Shown here piece after piece: positions 1 through 12,656 of a stretch of 64,000 nucleotides of DNA. Below the pieces are notes generated by a model, which saw only the letters and a program-made list of their open reading frames with translations, searched no databases and was not told the DNA's origin. Every line of letters starts with the position of its first letter. Positions within the stretch are counted from its first letter, which is position 1. The DNA is from Octopus vulgaris. Taxonomy: Eukaryota. The translations under genes were made by a program, and so were the position numbers. The stretch is taken from positions 9,486,001 through 9,550,000 of the forward strand of contig OX597822.1 in assembly GCA_951406725.2 (NCBI GenBank), written 5' to 3'.

Positions 1-120
1 GATAGAAAAAGTACTGGGCTTACAAAGAATAAGTCCCGGGGTCGATTTGCTCGACTAAAAGGCGGTGCTCCAGCATGGCCGCAGTCAAATGACTGAAACA
101 AGCAAAAGAGAGTAAAAGAG
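1..120 (+). mobile_element. SINE family A, 3' part (cut by window edge)
   Basis: Nearly identical to the 3' ends of copies at ~3770-3885 and ~12826-12965 (ggcggtgctccagcatggccgcagtcaaatgactgaaac followed by an aaaagag tail). Confidence 0.85.
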
Positions 121-582
121 GGTCAGATTATAACGAAAAAATGTGCTAAACAGAATGTAGTATAAAAGGAAGAACATATAAAGATAATAAAGTGATCAAA
201 TGGTGAAGACAGACCATTTTTCAAAAAAGCGCATAAAAACTAGATTCGATTGTGGAATGGGGCCAGGTGTTTTTTTCGCGAAAGACGGAGAGAAATTTAG
301 GTCCTTCGCAGAAACAAAGAAACAGTTGATAAGTACTGAAATGGTTAGTCTTCACCATTTCATCACTTTGTTATCTCTAAATACTTAATTTCATTTTTCA
401 TTCTCTTTCGCACTTTCTTCCTTGAAATCTCGCCATTGGGTTTAGCATTGTCTGTAATCATCGCTTTGGGTATGCATTCTTTCTCCGAACTAAGCGCAGA
501 CGACAATCACACCTTTCTTACTCATGTCATTAGGGGTGTTGGTTTGTGTGTGTGTAAGTGGATGAGTGAGTATGCGCGCATC

Positions 583-932
583 GAGGCGCAATGGCCCAGT
601 GGTTAGGGCAGCGGACTCGCGGTTTCGATTCCCAGACCGGGCGTTGAGTGTTTATTGAGCGAAAACACCTAAAGCTCCACGAGGCTCCGGCAGGGATGGT
701 GGTGATCCCTGCTGTACTCTTTCACCACAACTTTCTTCCTGTTTCTGTTGTACCTGTATTTCAAGGGGCCGGCCTTGTCACTCTCTGTGTCACGCTGAAT
801 ATCTCCGAGAACTACGTTAAAGGTGCACGTGTCTGTGGAGTGCTCAGCCACTTACACGTTAATTTCACGAGCAGGCTGTTCCGTTGATTCGGATCAACCG
901 GAACCCTCGTCATCGTAACCGACGGAGTGCTT
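583..932 (+). mobile_element. SINE family B, tRNA-derived
   Basis: Head has an A-box-like tggcccagtgg and a B-box-like gtttcgattcc; near-identical inverted copy at 6823-7212. Confidence 0.85.
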
Positions 933-1955
933 CCATCCATGCACGCGTAGATGTAAGCTGGCTTTCACGAGTGGTGACTATCTCGTCTTTTTGCGTAGTT
1001 AATACTACGTTACACCCGGTGCCTTCATTTTTATAAGAGAGTACGATAGGATTTTAATATGGCCGCTATTTCATGTAGATTGAGCGACCGAAATTTTATT
1101 GAACGTGCTTGTACGTGTGTGTGTGTGCGCATGAAATTTTGTTAAACGTTGATATATAATAGTGTTTGTCTAGATGCGTGTGTAGTTGCAACATAAACTT
1201 ATATTAATAACAGAAATGAATATTTTGTAAGTATAATGAAGATAGGAGTGGCTGTGTGGTAAGTAGCTTGCTAACCAGACATGCGCAGTTAGTCGGTTGC
1301 TTCCTGTTGAGCTAGAGTGGACGTGAGTCCAACTAAAGAAAAAGACCAAAAACGGAAAGTTGTCGAGGTAAGTGATTTTGTTTATTGTGAGTTGGGCATA
1401 ATTTATTGCGTGCCAATTATTATTTCAGTAGGTTGTGTCCAACTCTGAGACAATTTCGCCTGCGCTAGGCGGCTGCCGTTTTTGTGTTCATTGAAAAAAA
1501 AAAAAAAAGAAAAAACAGTGGAGGGGCGTATACTCAGGATTCAATACAGTTACTGTTAAAATTACCGTTGGCAGTAACCAGTGCTGTGTTTGAGTTTGCT
1601 GAATTTATTCCCTTGTCAGAGTACTTCGCAAGAAAAGTATAAAAATAAGCCACTATTGGATTACCTTTCGGACCCATTTTTGTGGAGGTTGTGTTGCAGT
1701 TGCGGCGTTCCAGGTTCAACCCAGGCCGGGAGTACCGCAGAATATTTTTGCTGTGTTTTTTCTGTTTATTAACTTTCTTTTGAACTTCATTTACCCCCCC
1801 TTTTGTTTTTTCTTTATTGCGACTTTCCGTTAATTTCTTCCCTTCTGTTGTGCTTTCTCCTTTTTGTTTTTTCAAAAATCTATCAAATTTATTTAGACTT
1901 TTGAACTTTTTTCTTCCTGCTTTTGAGTCTAATTTGAATATATTTTTTAAAAAAC

Positions 1956-3199
1956 ATGGCAATGAAAAATAACAAAGTTTTGGAGTGGGAAATCATACCA
2001 CCCAAAAAGTGGTTGAAGGACCGTGAAGATAGGACGGTGGTGTTGAGAACCTACTCCAAGGCACTTGACACCATCGCCCTATTCGAAAAGACGGCAATTG
2101 AGGAGGAGTTGGAGGAGTATTTGCCAACAATTAAATTCATTTCCAGGGGTGTCAAATATGGAACGGTGTGGTTGCTGTTTGACACCCCTGAAGAGGCTTG
2201 CAAATTTGCTAGCGAACCCTTGGAGGGTAAGGAAATCTTATTCCTGCCCACTTACAAAAAAAGAAATTAATGAAAGCTTGGATCTGCGGACTGCCACCCG
2301 ACATAGAACCCGAGTGGATAGAGGAGACTATCCGCCGGGGTCTGGGTGACAGCGAAACTAAGCTCCTCAATGTAAAAGTTCTTCCTGCGGCTGCTTGGGT
2401 TGGCTCGAAAGCAGTTTTGACCCTGTGGACCCAATCAGCCAATCTGGTTTTTCCAGATTTTTTGAAAATGGCCGGGTGCAGGTACCCGGTGATGCTTGAG
2501 GGTCGCCCCCCTAAGTGTCATCGGTGCTTGGAGTCCGGCCACATAAAGAAGAACTGTCCTCGGGAACAAAATAGGATCCCGGAACAGTTAAGTAAAACCC
2601 CTCTAGAAGAGGGAACGATAACGGCCGAGAAAGCAGAGGACTCCTCAAGCAGAGGCCGAAAGAGGAAGGTGAGCAACAATGGGTGCTCACCAAAGGATAA
2701 TAGGGATGAGGAGAGGAGGGCGAATCTTCCAGCCACGGAGGAGACGCACCCTCCCTCAGTTGAAAAGGGAAAAAAAAAGAAAAAGAGGAAGAAAAACGGG
2801 ACGTTGCCGGCTGTCAGTGTGGCACCGGAATGTCGCGGAACTACGTCGGTTGGGGTTGTGCCACCGACAAGAGAAGGAATACCGTTGGCGGAAACTGTGC
2901 CGCCAACGAAAGAACTGAATGTATTGGTCCTCTTCTATAGAGGAGGAGAAATTGAAAAAGTGATGGAAGAGCACTACAAGGGAGCACCTTTAGCCTTCAC
3001 ACAGGACCCCGAATGGCCTCCGCAGGTAGCTGTGGAGGCCGTGGCGTTCGACGTGACGCTAGGGCTAAAGGAGCTCAATGAAGACTATAACTTGGTCCCG
3101 GGCGACGCGAACTCGGAAGTTGACTACGTTCTGAGGGAGGCGTGGTTGATGGTGGAGGGCGCGGGCACAAGCTATTTCGAGGACGATATGTATTATTAG
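1956..3199 (+). pseudogene. ORF1/Gag-like nucleic-acid-binding protein with CCHC zinc knuckle, in two pieces (1956-2270, 2270-3199)
   Basis: YPVMLEGRPPKCHRCLESGHIKKNCP (CX2CX4HX4C) after an RRM-like segment, with a basic K-rich tail; pieces meet at TAATG just after an A-run, probably a frameshift. Confidence 0.65.
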
Positions 3200-3326
3200 T
3201 AATGGACTTAAGTCCAAAAATTGAAAAATTGTAAGAGGATTAATACCTCGTTTTGTATTAATAATGGACTGCTAAGCCCAAAATTGGAAAAATTGTAAGA
3301 GGTTTAATACCTCGTTTTGTGTTAAT
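3200..3326 (+). repeat. ~63-bp tandem duplication in the 3' UTR of the ORF1-only element
   Basis: taatggact...aaaattgtaagagg.ttaatacctcgttttgt.ttaa occurs twice in succession. Confidence 0.75.
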
Positions 3327-3637
3327 CTTTTTTAAAAAGAACAATGTTTTAGAGAAGCAAAAGTCGGCGGGCGCTTTCTGTCTTCTCCCATCCTTATCAT
3401 CTTTCTTTCATTATCATTCACCTCATTAATGTCCTCGTCCAGCCCGCAAAGCTAACTTAATCTGTGTACTGCCTTTATGGCAAATGTTTTGAAATAAAGT
3501 AGCTTGCTAACCAACCTCATGGTTCCGGGTTCAGTCCCACTGCGTGGCATCTTGGGCAAGTGTCTTCTGCTATAGCCCCGGGACGACCAATGCCTTGTGA
3601 GTGGATTTGGTAGACGGAAACTGAAAGAAGCCCGTCG

Positions 3638-3692
<55 letters not shown>

Positions 3693-4010
3693 TTCTCCCC
3701 CTAGCATTGCTTGACAACCGATGCTGGTGTGTTTATGTCCCAGTTACTTAGCGGTTCGGCAAAAGAGACCGATAGAATAAGTACTGGGCTTACAAAGAAT
3801 AAGTCTCGGGGTCGATTTGCTCGACTAAAAAAAGGCGGTGCTCCAGCATGGCCGCAGTCAAATGACTGAAACAGGTAAAAGAGAGATATATTTGTGCCCA
3901 AAGCATCCTTACAGAAGTCGCAGTAAAAATGAAAATAATTTCAGGTATAGAGCAATGCTATATTAGGGATGCCGTAAACGCAAAGACTCTCGAAAATAAA
4001 TACAGGCAAT

Positions 4011-4689
4011 ACATATGTTTCTTTATTAGCCACACAGGGCTGCACACAGGCGGGACAAATTACAAGGTAGAGCTTTTCTTTTTGGGGATAAAAAGGGAGG
4101 TTGGTTTTCGATCAAAAGGGATCGTAAATGGAAAGAAAGAGGAAAGCAAAAAAAAAAAAAATGAAAGGAAAAAGAAAAATCGATCAGTAGGGATCGTTAT
4201 CACAGAAATGTCAATATAAAGTGTAAAGGGGAGGACAGGTGATGTGTACCCGTGGAAAGAAAAGCCTACGGAAAAGACCACGGTAACCTCAATCAATGAA
4301 GTCACATGTATTTTTTTACAAATAAGCAACTCTCTGTATTAATTTTTACGGTTCACAGGCTCATAGTCAAGGTGGCTTCGTCATTCATACGTCATTCATA
4401 CGTGAAAAAAATGTTTCCTGAAGTCATGGGAGCTGTGCTGTTTTCTGACTTTGTAAACATTTCCACGGGTGTTGGTGTTAGATGGGTGGAGTTTGAAAAG
4501 GTGCTCAGAGTTATTGTTTGTACGATGGTTGATAATGTTATGGGTGTCTGCCAAGTCAGCTGCGAGACGTCGGAGTTTCAATGTGTCCATGCCCAGGGAA
4601 GTAAGGCGTTCAGGATATGGCAAATGCCGGATGGAGGGTATTCTTTTGGTTGCACGTCGCTGAACGGCTTCCAGACATTCACTAGACAA
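4011..4689 (-). mobile_element. CR1/L2-group LINE, 5'-truncated 3' end with 3' UTR
   Basis: LEAVQRRATKRIP..LPYPERL..L..DTLKLRRLAADL...NTRG..YK...FRKHFF is a typical CR1-group ORF2 C-terminus. Confidence 0.8.
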
Positions 4690-5528
4690 AACATATTAAA
4701 CAACATATATATATATGCGTGTGTCACTTTTAGTGACGTTTATACTTTTGATTTTGAATTGCGTCTTTATAATCACTTTACCATTTTACTGAATCAGCCA
4801 ATGATGAGGATTAATTTGATCTGAAATCACAGGTGATATGGCGCCCCCGCTTTCTTAGGGGGGTTTTCTCCCTTGTCAGTTCAGTAGAAAAGTGCATTTT
4901 GAAGATAAAGTACTCTATTCGAGGCCAAGAGTTGTTTTGACTCTTATTTCTAGTAACACTGGCGCTGACTTGCACCCTAGTCACTTTTAGTGACGTTTGT
5001 ACTTGTGATTTTTGGTTTTCAATTGCGACTAGCCACTTCAATAATTTCTATATATTGTATACTGCCGTTGGGCCCGAATCTGTCTTTAAAAGTACTGTAA
5101 GTAAAATAAAACGCCCGTCATCGGCAAATGACAGAGGTGCCTTGATTATAAACAGACCAGTGAGGCCGAAGAGCAACACACATGTGAAATAATGAAGAAT
5201 CATTTATTTCCTAGAAATACCAGTTTAACATTTCATTTCGGAGATTCGAATAAATTGTTTACAGAGAGAAAAATTCGTGAGTGAGTCAACAAATTTTCAG
5301 CTGCTTTCCTATCATTTCCGTTGTTCCTTTGGATTTTATCATCAGTATATCTTCTTTAAAATTCTCTATTTGTCTTCTGCTAGCAACATCAGACGTTTTA
5401 TTTTTAACAAGTTAACTTCTAACAATCTCTAGACAAGAATTCATATCCGGAGAAAATCTGAATGTGTGTGTGTGTGTGCGACCCGTACTTATTAGTGTGT
5501 TTTTGTCTTCGTTATCTTTCAACATATA

Positions 5529-5559
<31 letters not shown>

Positions 5560-5639
5560 TACAGTTCTATATTTAAGAGATGAGGAATTATGTACGTTAT
5601 TTACATTCGACGGATATTTGTCCTCATCTTGTATCAAGA

Positions 5640-6280
5640 ACAAAAAAAACAGAACTACAGCAGCATGAGTGACAGCAGAACTAAACGAGCCCCTTGCCAA
5701 ACTTTTGTCAACCAAAACAGTGTCGTGAGCTCCAGTTAGCTGGATGCTATGAGAGGGCTGCAATTTCTGAACTTGTCTTATGTCCCTTCAACGGAAAAAA
5801 TGGGGTCTAGACGTTAATGGTTCAATGAAGTAATGTGATCTTTTCTCGGATGAAATATCATTCACCGTTTTTCAATTTCGGGGCTAGTTTGTATCCGGAG
5901 ACAGCCCAAAGAAGCCGTCGACCCTAACTCTTTGACCTTTACAGTGAAGCATGGAGGTGAGGATTTGGGAAAATTATGTCAGGGATTCTCTTAGCCCCTT
6001 TAGCTTTTCTAAAAGAAAGAGTTAAAGCTAATGATTATCTCTGTATTTTGTCTAATCGTGTCCATTCTATGGTACAGTGTTCCCTGATAATAGCGGATTA
6101 TGCGCCAGTTCACACGGCTTGTCTTCTTCAAAATTGGTATGAGGGGAACAACAGCGAAGCAGACCACGTGGATTGATCTCACTATCACTGGATCTAATAA
6201 TAATCAAACATTTATGAGCATTTTCAAACAGCAAGTGAAGAATTGCCTCCCTTGGCCACCATCGGTTCAAAATTTCTCTA
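5640..6280 (+). mobile_element. Degraded Tc1-family transposase remnant
   Basis: FSDE-like segment (~5845), VKHGG (5944) and DYAPVHTA (D-x-A-x-x-H motif, ~6096), with many stops and frameshifts. Confidence 0.6.
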
Positions 6281-6339
6281 ACAACCGACCAGAACCTTTA
6301 CGACTTGAATCCCTGACGCAAGCTGTGATTGGTTTCAAA

Positions 6340-6460
6340 TTTTTCCACAAGGGCAGCAATTTTGAGGGAGGGGATCTGTTGATTATATCGACCTCAGTGT
6401 TCAACTGGTACTTATTTTAGCGACTCCAAAAAGATGATAAAGTCGACCCAGGCAAAATTT
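6340..6460 (-). mobile_element. Degenerate SINE family C fragment
   Basis: atcgacctcagtgttcaactggtactta...aaagtcgacc resembles 9320-9390. Confidence 0.5.
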
Positions 6461-6822
6461 CCATCTAACAAGGTGTATCCATAATTTTGTTCGAATCTTG
6501 TATATAAATAAATATTTACACGCTCAAATTCCTTGCTTTGATTTCTTTATTTTAAGTGGTCTGATAATGTTCCTTTGATCTTATCATGAATATAAATAAG
6601 TAAACAGATTTTGTTGCCAAAAATAATTTTACGAGTCTGTGTCTAGTGTGAAGGCTCTTTACTGACAATTGACTACTCATGCTCACTTACCCTCCTGAGT
6701 TTTTACCCCGACACACTCCGAGTGTAAGTGGACAACAGGAGCGAGACTCAAAAAGCTTTGCCTGATAACCGTGATAGGTAAAATGACATTTGAAGAATAT
6801 TTTGTAGTTGAAGCTGCCATGT

Positions 6823-7212
6823 TTTTTTTTTTAAGCACTCCGTCGGTTACGACGACGAGGGTTCCGGTTGATCCGAATCAACGGAACAGCCTGCTCGTGA
6901 AATTAACGTGTAAGTGGCTGAGCACTCCACAGACACGTGTACCCTTAACGTAGTTCTTGGGGATATTCAGCGTGACACAGAGAGTGACAAGGCCGGCCCT
7001 TTGAAATACAGGTACAACAGAAACAGGAAGTAAGAGTGAGAGAAAGTTGTGGTGAAAGAGTACAGCAGGGATCACCACCATCCCCTGTCGGAGCCTCGTG
7101 GAGCTTTAGGTGTTTTCGTTCAATAAACACTCACAACGCCCGGTCTGGGAATCGAAACTGCGATCCTATGATCGCGAGTCCGCTGCCCTAACCACTGGGC
7201 CATTGCGCCTCC
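6823..7212 (-). mobile_element. SINE family B, full length, with poly(A) tail and TSD
   Basis: Reverse complement of 583-932; T-run at 6822-6832; 13-bp TSD gaagctgccatgt (6810-6822 / 7213-7225); tRNA-like head with ctcgcg at the anticodon-loop position. Confidence 0.9.
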
Positions 7213-7908
7213 GAAGCTGCCATGTATTACATAAGCAAGTAGTGTGATTTAATGTAATGATCTGAATTCGTGTTGGATGCTGAAAAGCACAAGGGGTTAG
7301 TGATGCCGGATACGAGTCTCTCTAAAAGTTAGGAATAAACGTGAGAGGATGAAGAGTCTGGATGACATTACATCAGTATTTATTTCATTTATTCATTTTC
7401 TGGTCTCAACAGGGGACCATATGGCCCCTGAAGATCCATATGTTTTGCGGGGACCCACACAACAAAATAGTAGATTGATCCACAATGGTATTTTAAAGGC
7501 CCCTGAAAAAATGTTGCTTTCGATGTATGTATTGCAAGGGACAGCAAGGAGTCCTTCTCAAACATTTAACCCTACTCCAACCTACATAACTTTCTATAAA
7601 ACTAGTTTTTAGACATCGAATCGCTCTGGGGGTCCACCAGAATAAAATATTAATCGAAAGATTTTTAAAAATGGTTGAGAACCCCTGTTTTAGATGAATG
7701 TTCATGATTTTGTTCATCCGTGAAGCATCAAAACTTTAAGGATAGGTCTCAAATTAACGAAATGGGATAAGATGCATACTTATTTTGGAATTTCATACCT
7801 GTTTAGACCCTAACCAAAAATATTCCTGCCATGATAATCTACTCGATTTTTTTTTTTCTTGTTTATGTGTATCTAAGGTCAGATCTATATTCAAAGGCAT
7901 TCCAACTG

Positions 7909-8282
7909 TCTTTACTCTTTTACTTGTTTCAGTCATTTGACTGCGGCCATGCTGGAGCACCGCCTTTAATCGAGCAACTCGACCCCGGGACTTATTCTTT
8001 TGTAAGCCCAGTACTTATTCTATCGGTCTCTTTTGCCGAACCGCTAAGTAACGGGGACATAAACACACCAGCATCGGTTGTCAAGCAATGCTAGGGAGAC
8101 AAACACACTCACACATACATATATATACGACGGGTTTCTTTCAGTTTCCGTCTACCAAATCCACTAACAAGGCATTGGTCGGCCCGAGGCTATAGTAGAA
8201 GACACTTTTCCAAGGTGCCACGCAGTGGGACTGAACCCGGAACCATGTGGTTGGTAAACAAGCTACTTACCACACAGCCACT
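7909..8282 (-). mobile_element. SINE family A, near full length
   Basis: Reverse complement of the 1243/3497-3885 sequence. Confidence 0.9.
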
Positions 8283-9245
8283 GACCATCCTGTCTCAAGG
8301 TAGCTGAGGTGTATCGAGAATTACATTAATCAATGTGTCCTACACTTATTTTTTAAAAAGTAGTGTGAGTTAAGAAAAACTATTGCTATTTCTAGCAACT
8401 CGAGTGACTACACAGTGGATCCCTCGATGTCTCCAACTTGTAATGCAAACTAGTATTAAAATCTTTAAAAGCAATTTCACATTTCTCATTCCCAAATGCC
8501 TTCTCTCTGTGGACAGTCTTTGAACTGTACTATGGAACACAAACAAAACCCCAGGCTTCAGAATGGAACACTTTTCCAAAACTGACCTCATTGGAAATAC
8601 CATTACATACCCACCATCAGTGTTACAATTTTTTGTACAATAACATTGAAGAGTAGTAAGGAAGAATGCATACAAACCGTTTTTATTAGCAGTGTATATG
8701 TGTGTGTCTGTATATAAATATAAAATTTCATTTGAGTCTTAACCCTGGAGTTTATGATATTAAGCTCATCCACAGGTACAGGTTATCAGACCCATGCCTT
8801 AAAATCCAAATATCTAGAGTTTTTACAATTACAAACAAGACGAATGGAGTGAGCAAGTCCTGTCCTCATTTTACTCTGTGTGTTTGCAGAGAGAGATATG
8901 AACAAAGAAATATGACAAACAAACATTAACAAAAGCAAGACATGGACTGCGGTTGTGTTTGAATTTTTATTTATAACAATTTAAAACAAAGTTACAATGA
9001 ATAAAACAATATAATCAATAGGAAAATAACTCAAATGAACAAGCAGCAATGAATTTAGGTAACTAATGAAAAAGGACATTTTTATTTCAAATTTTCCTAT
9101 TTACTTAGAGAAAGAAAAGAAAAAACCTAGTGGCACTTGTGGCAATTTTCAAAAGAAAAATGGAGACTTCTATGGAAGTAAAACTAGATTTTTGTTTTCA
9201 GCAACGGATGACCAATAGACATGGTTTAGTCTAAAAGAACTTATA

Positions 9246-9662
9246 TATTTCTTTACTACCCACAAGGGGCTAAACACAGAGGAGACAAACAAGGACAGAC
9301 AAAGGGATTAAGTCAATTACATCGACCCCAGTGCGTAACTGGTACTTAATTTATCGACCCCGAAAGGATGAAAGGCAAAGTCGACCTCGGCGGAATTTGA
9401 ACCCAGAACGTAACAGCAGACGAAATACCTATTTCTTTATTACCCACAAGGGGCTAAACACAGAGGAGACAAACAAGGACAGACAAAGGGATTAAGTCAA
9501 TTACATCGACCCCAGTGCGTAACTGGTACTTAATTTATCGACCCCGAAAGGATGAAAGGCAAAGTCGACCTCGGCGGAATTTGAACCCAGAACGTAACAG
9601 CAGACGAAATACGGCTACGCATTTCGCCCGACATGCTAACGTTTCTGCCAGCTCGCCGCCTT
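9246..9662 (-). mobile_element. SINE family C (tRNA head, Meta/MESC-like core) with a tandemly duplicated ~183-bp 3' half
   Basis: Minus strand reads ggcggcgagctggcagaa...gggttcaaattcc...gcctttcatcctttcggggtcgataaa; 9247-9429 repeats at 9430-9612; imperfect 17-bp TSD gtcta(aa/tt)agaacttata (9229-9245 / 9663-9679). Confidence 0.8.
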
Positions 9663-11465
9663 GTCTATTAGAACTTATAAGGATAGTGTAATCTATCCAA
9701 GGTCACTGATTTTGTTTTTTATAAGAAAAAAGAAAAATTCTGGCCAGTGTATTTTGCATAATAATAATAATAAAAAAAAATTAAAAAAAGCAAGAATTTA
9801 AGAATTTGAATAAATCTGTCATAGCAGATACCCTGAATGCTTTTGTAGTGTAACAAAAAAAAAAAAAAAAAAAAAAAAGAAAAAAATAGAAAAGAATGAA
9901 CATATGACCTTTTGTTCTAAAATGGGATAGTGATAATGGCAAAAAAGTTCATAAATTTCTCAAGGCCATGACAAAATGCTTTGGAAGTTTGCTCTCCAGC
10001 TAAGTGGTTTCAGGCTCAAAGCAACATACAACCCACTTATATATTTGACCGAAAGGGGTTTGTCAAATATGCAGGTCACACACACACACACCTGTTTACA
10101 TTTCTACTCTAATAAAGTTACAAACAAAGGCCAGTCTTGATGTTGTTATCACTCTTGAAAACAACAACATCTGCTTTGCTTTGTGCCATTGGAGACGTGT
10201 GAAATAGACAGCTTATTTGGAAAGCTCACAAGGGTTAGCAACAAGGCACATGGTTGTAAAATATTGCTTTAATGTTTACAAATGAATTTCTCCACGTGTC
10301 AAGGCAAAAAAAAACTGTTGTTTGCAGGCAAGTGAGGGAAGGCAACAGAGAATGTTTTTAGAGCTTGTGAGCAAAGCACAAAATCTCTACACAAGTCTAG
10401 CAATCAGCTGACAAAGAGGTTTACTTATAGGAAAATAGTTATAGTTTTTTTCTGCCCAGTATAATTTTCACGCATGCACGCACACTGAAGGGAAATGACT
10501 TGAACTGAGTTAATTATCGGAAAATTAAGTTAAGAGGTGTTGTAAAAAAAACAATAAAATGAAAAGAAGCTTAACTAAGCCATAGTTGCAAACAACTGGA
10601 TAATTTCAAGAAATTAAGTTAATCTAAATGCTCTGAGGGGAAAATATCACATCTGTTTGCAAGTAATGGATAGGGGTAAATTTTACAGGGTGCTACTTTG
10701 GCGTGTGATCTACAACTCCAAGAGCAGGTTAGTTTTTAGTTCCTTTACATAGCAGAACTCGTGGCTGCCAAATTTGTGTGATTTGCATGCTTATTTCAAT
10801 TATCATAGTGAATAATAATAAAAAAAACTAAGAATAAACACTAAGACATAAATGAAACATAGTTTTATCATTATCAAAATTACAAGAATTTTGAAAAAAA
10901 TACATTTACAATGCTATGTACAAAGAAATTTATTGTAAAAAAATCTTTAGCCAACAGTTAAGAGTTTTAAAAATTGAAAAGTAAACTAAAAAATAACTCA
11001 AAGTAATTGCCCTTTAAATTATAGATCACACACCAAATAACTGACAAGTTATGATATTAGTTTCAGACTTTCCAGAATATGTTTGTTATCAGTTCTGTTT
11101 ATGGCTTGTACTATAAGCCGAGTGCATAGGCACTGATGTAGCAGATATTCTAAATGTCGTCTGTGGTGACCCAAACTGATGAAGACTAACCAGATTTACG
11201 ATAAACATAATCTGGAAAGTCCAAAACTCAAGAACTAGGTTATCCATTTTTCTCTGGCATTCCTCTCAAGGTAAGACGAATTTTTTTTTTCTCAGCCCAC
11301 ACACATCTTTGCTTCTATACAGTGAAGCTTTACAATAGCTTAACAATGGTTATCAACTCCTATTTCCAGCAAACGTTGGTACTTTGCTGTGCCACTATTT
11401 CCTATTTATATATAAGAAAATAGAGATAATTAAATTATTATTTATTAATTAAAAAATTGACAAAC

Positions 11466-11551
11466 ATCCCTTGCAGCTGTTTCAATTCAAGCCCTTCAGA
11501 AAATTAATAAAATAAAAAATCATTTTTGAAGTCGAACCTCGTCAGAGGTGG
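11466..11551 (-). ncRNA. Degenerate type I hammerhead ribozyme motif
   Basis: Minus strand: cacct-CTGACGA-long stem II-GAAA-CAGCTG-CA-aggg; the cleavage triplet is GCA instead of NUH. Confidence 0.5.
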
Positions 11552-12159
11552 TCTAAGATATACAAAATAGGTGTTCAATTCCTGCATGTTGAGTAGATGG
11601 CTTCAAACGTTTAACTGATAAAATTTATGCAAAAAGAACATAGAATGAAACCTGGTATAAATCTTAGAAAGGGGAGGAAGGTGGTGTATATTGGAGTTGT
11701 AAAGGAAGAGGTGATCAATATATTCATCTCGGGTGTTTAGTAAAAGAAAAACTCAAGTAGATATATTGGTATAAATGTCATCTAATGTGATATTATGTGC
11801 ATCCATATTAAAGCAATAGAAAATTAGTATATAGAGTTTAATTCAAGTGTGTATAGTTACTATTAATATTTAATTAAGGTAGAAGACAGTCCAGGCAGTC
11901 TATTACTTATTGTAGATATCGAAAGGGTGAAAAGACTTAATACCAGGGTACATTAAAATTTGAAAATAAAATAAATGAAATAGGAGTGGCTGTGTAGTAA
12001 GTAGTTTGCTAACCAACCACATGGTTCCGGGTTCAGTCCCACTGCGTGGCATCTTGGGCAAGTGTCTTCTGCTATAGCCCCGGGCCGACCAATGCCTTGT
12101 GAGTGGATTTGGTAGACGGAAACTGAAAGAAGTATGTCGTATGTATGTATGTATGTATG

Positions 12160-12204
<45 letters not shown>

Positions 12205-12207
<3 letters not shown>

Positions 12208-12653
12208 GTGAGGGAAGAACGAAGATTTTACAAAATTCCTTTTTATTATTTTCTACATATGTTTCAAAGGCTGCAAATTCCCTAATTCGGATTGAATAAG
12301 GAGACCATTTTGCAGCTTTCTCTTCAGGAAAATCCAGGAACTTAAATCTCCAAACAAATGCGCAGCTTTTTAGTATGGGAGAAGGCTAGGTTAGATCTTA
12401 TTTGTTTACCATAGAGAATTACAAACCAAATATATTTATTCCTGTTTTTGTACTGGGTCAGGGAGTCAACTCTGACATTAAGGTGGGTATTTCTAGGTTG
12501 AATAATAGGTTTTGGCTTGCTATGGCCTCCCCTGGACCGCAAATTATTTATGTTATCTATATTTATTCGAGATGTACTTGTTTCGACATTCCTCAGGCTA
12601 CCATCACTACTTAAATTATTTATGTTATTGTAGCTGGCCCTATCCTGATGACA

Positions 12654-12656
<3 letters not shown>
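12205..12656 (-). mobile_element. Penelope-like pLTR / retrozyme-like non-coding insert
   Basis: Homologous to the 3' end of the GIY-YIG element at 63460-63600; carries a hammerhead; inserted in (TA)n. Confidence 0.65.
12249..12333 (-). ncRNA. Type I hammerhead ribozyme
   Basis: Minus strand: ttttc-CTGAAGA-[gaaaagctgcaaa...tttgcagccttt]-GAAA-CATATG-TA-gaaaa; stem I pairs perfectly; palindromic stem III ACATATGT; GUA cleavage triplet. Confidence 0.75.

Larger units (their letters stand above)
1278..3496 (+). mobile_element. ORF1-only non-LTR retroelement (Tx1/L1-like, no ORF2)
   Basis: Perfect 17-bp TSD aagtagcttgctaacca (1261-1277 / 3497-3513); ends at aataaa; encodes a CCHC-knuckle protein; no RT motifs inside the boundaries. 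Confidence 0.7.
1243..3885 (+). mobile_element. SINE family A split by a 2.2-kb insertion (head 1243-1277, remainder 3497-3885)
   Basis: Head taggagtggctgtgtggtaagtagcttgctaacca matches the uninterrupted head at 11981; the SINE resumes at 3497 after a duplicated 17-mer. Confidence 0.9.

Noticed and set aside
583-640. tRNA genes at SINE heads (also 1243, 7140-7212, 9570-9662, 11981)
   Set aside because: They continue into SINE bodies with tails and TSDs, and the cloverleaves are incomplete.
1534-1962. 142-aa K-rich minus-strand ORF
   Set aside because: It is the antisense of a T-rich 5' UTR and has no domain signature.
4690-5130. Repeated gtcacttttagtgacgttt motif (~4723 and ~4980), possibly a DNA-transposon subterminal repeat
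   Set aside because: No TIR pair or TSD could be defined.
8290-11400. Possible host exons in the less repetitive stretches (also 14600-16100 and 19130-20700)
   Set aside because: No recognisable protein motifs or convincing splice-bounded ORFs; small exons cannot be excluded by eye.
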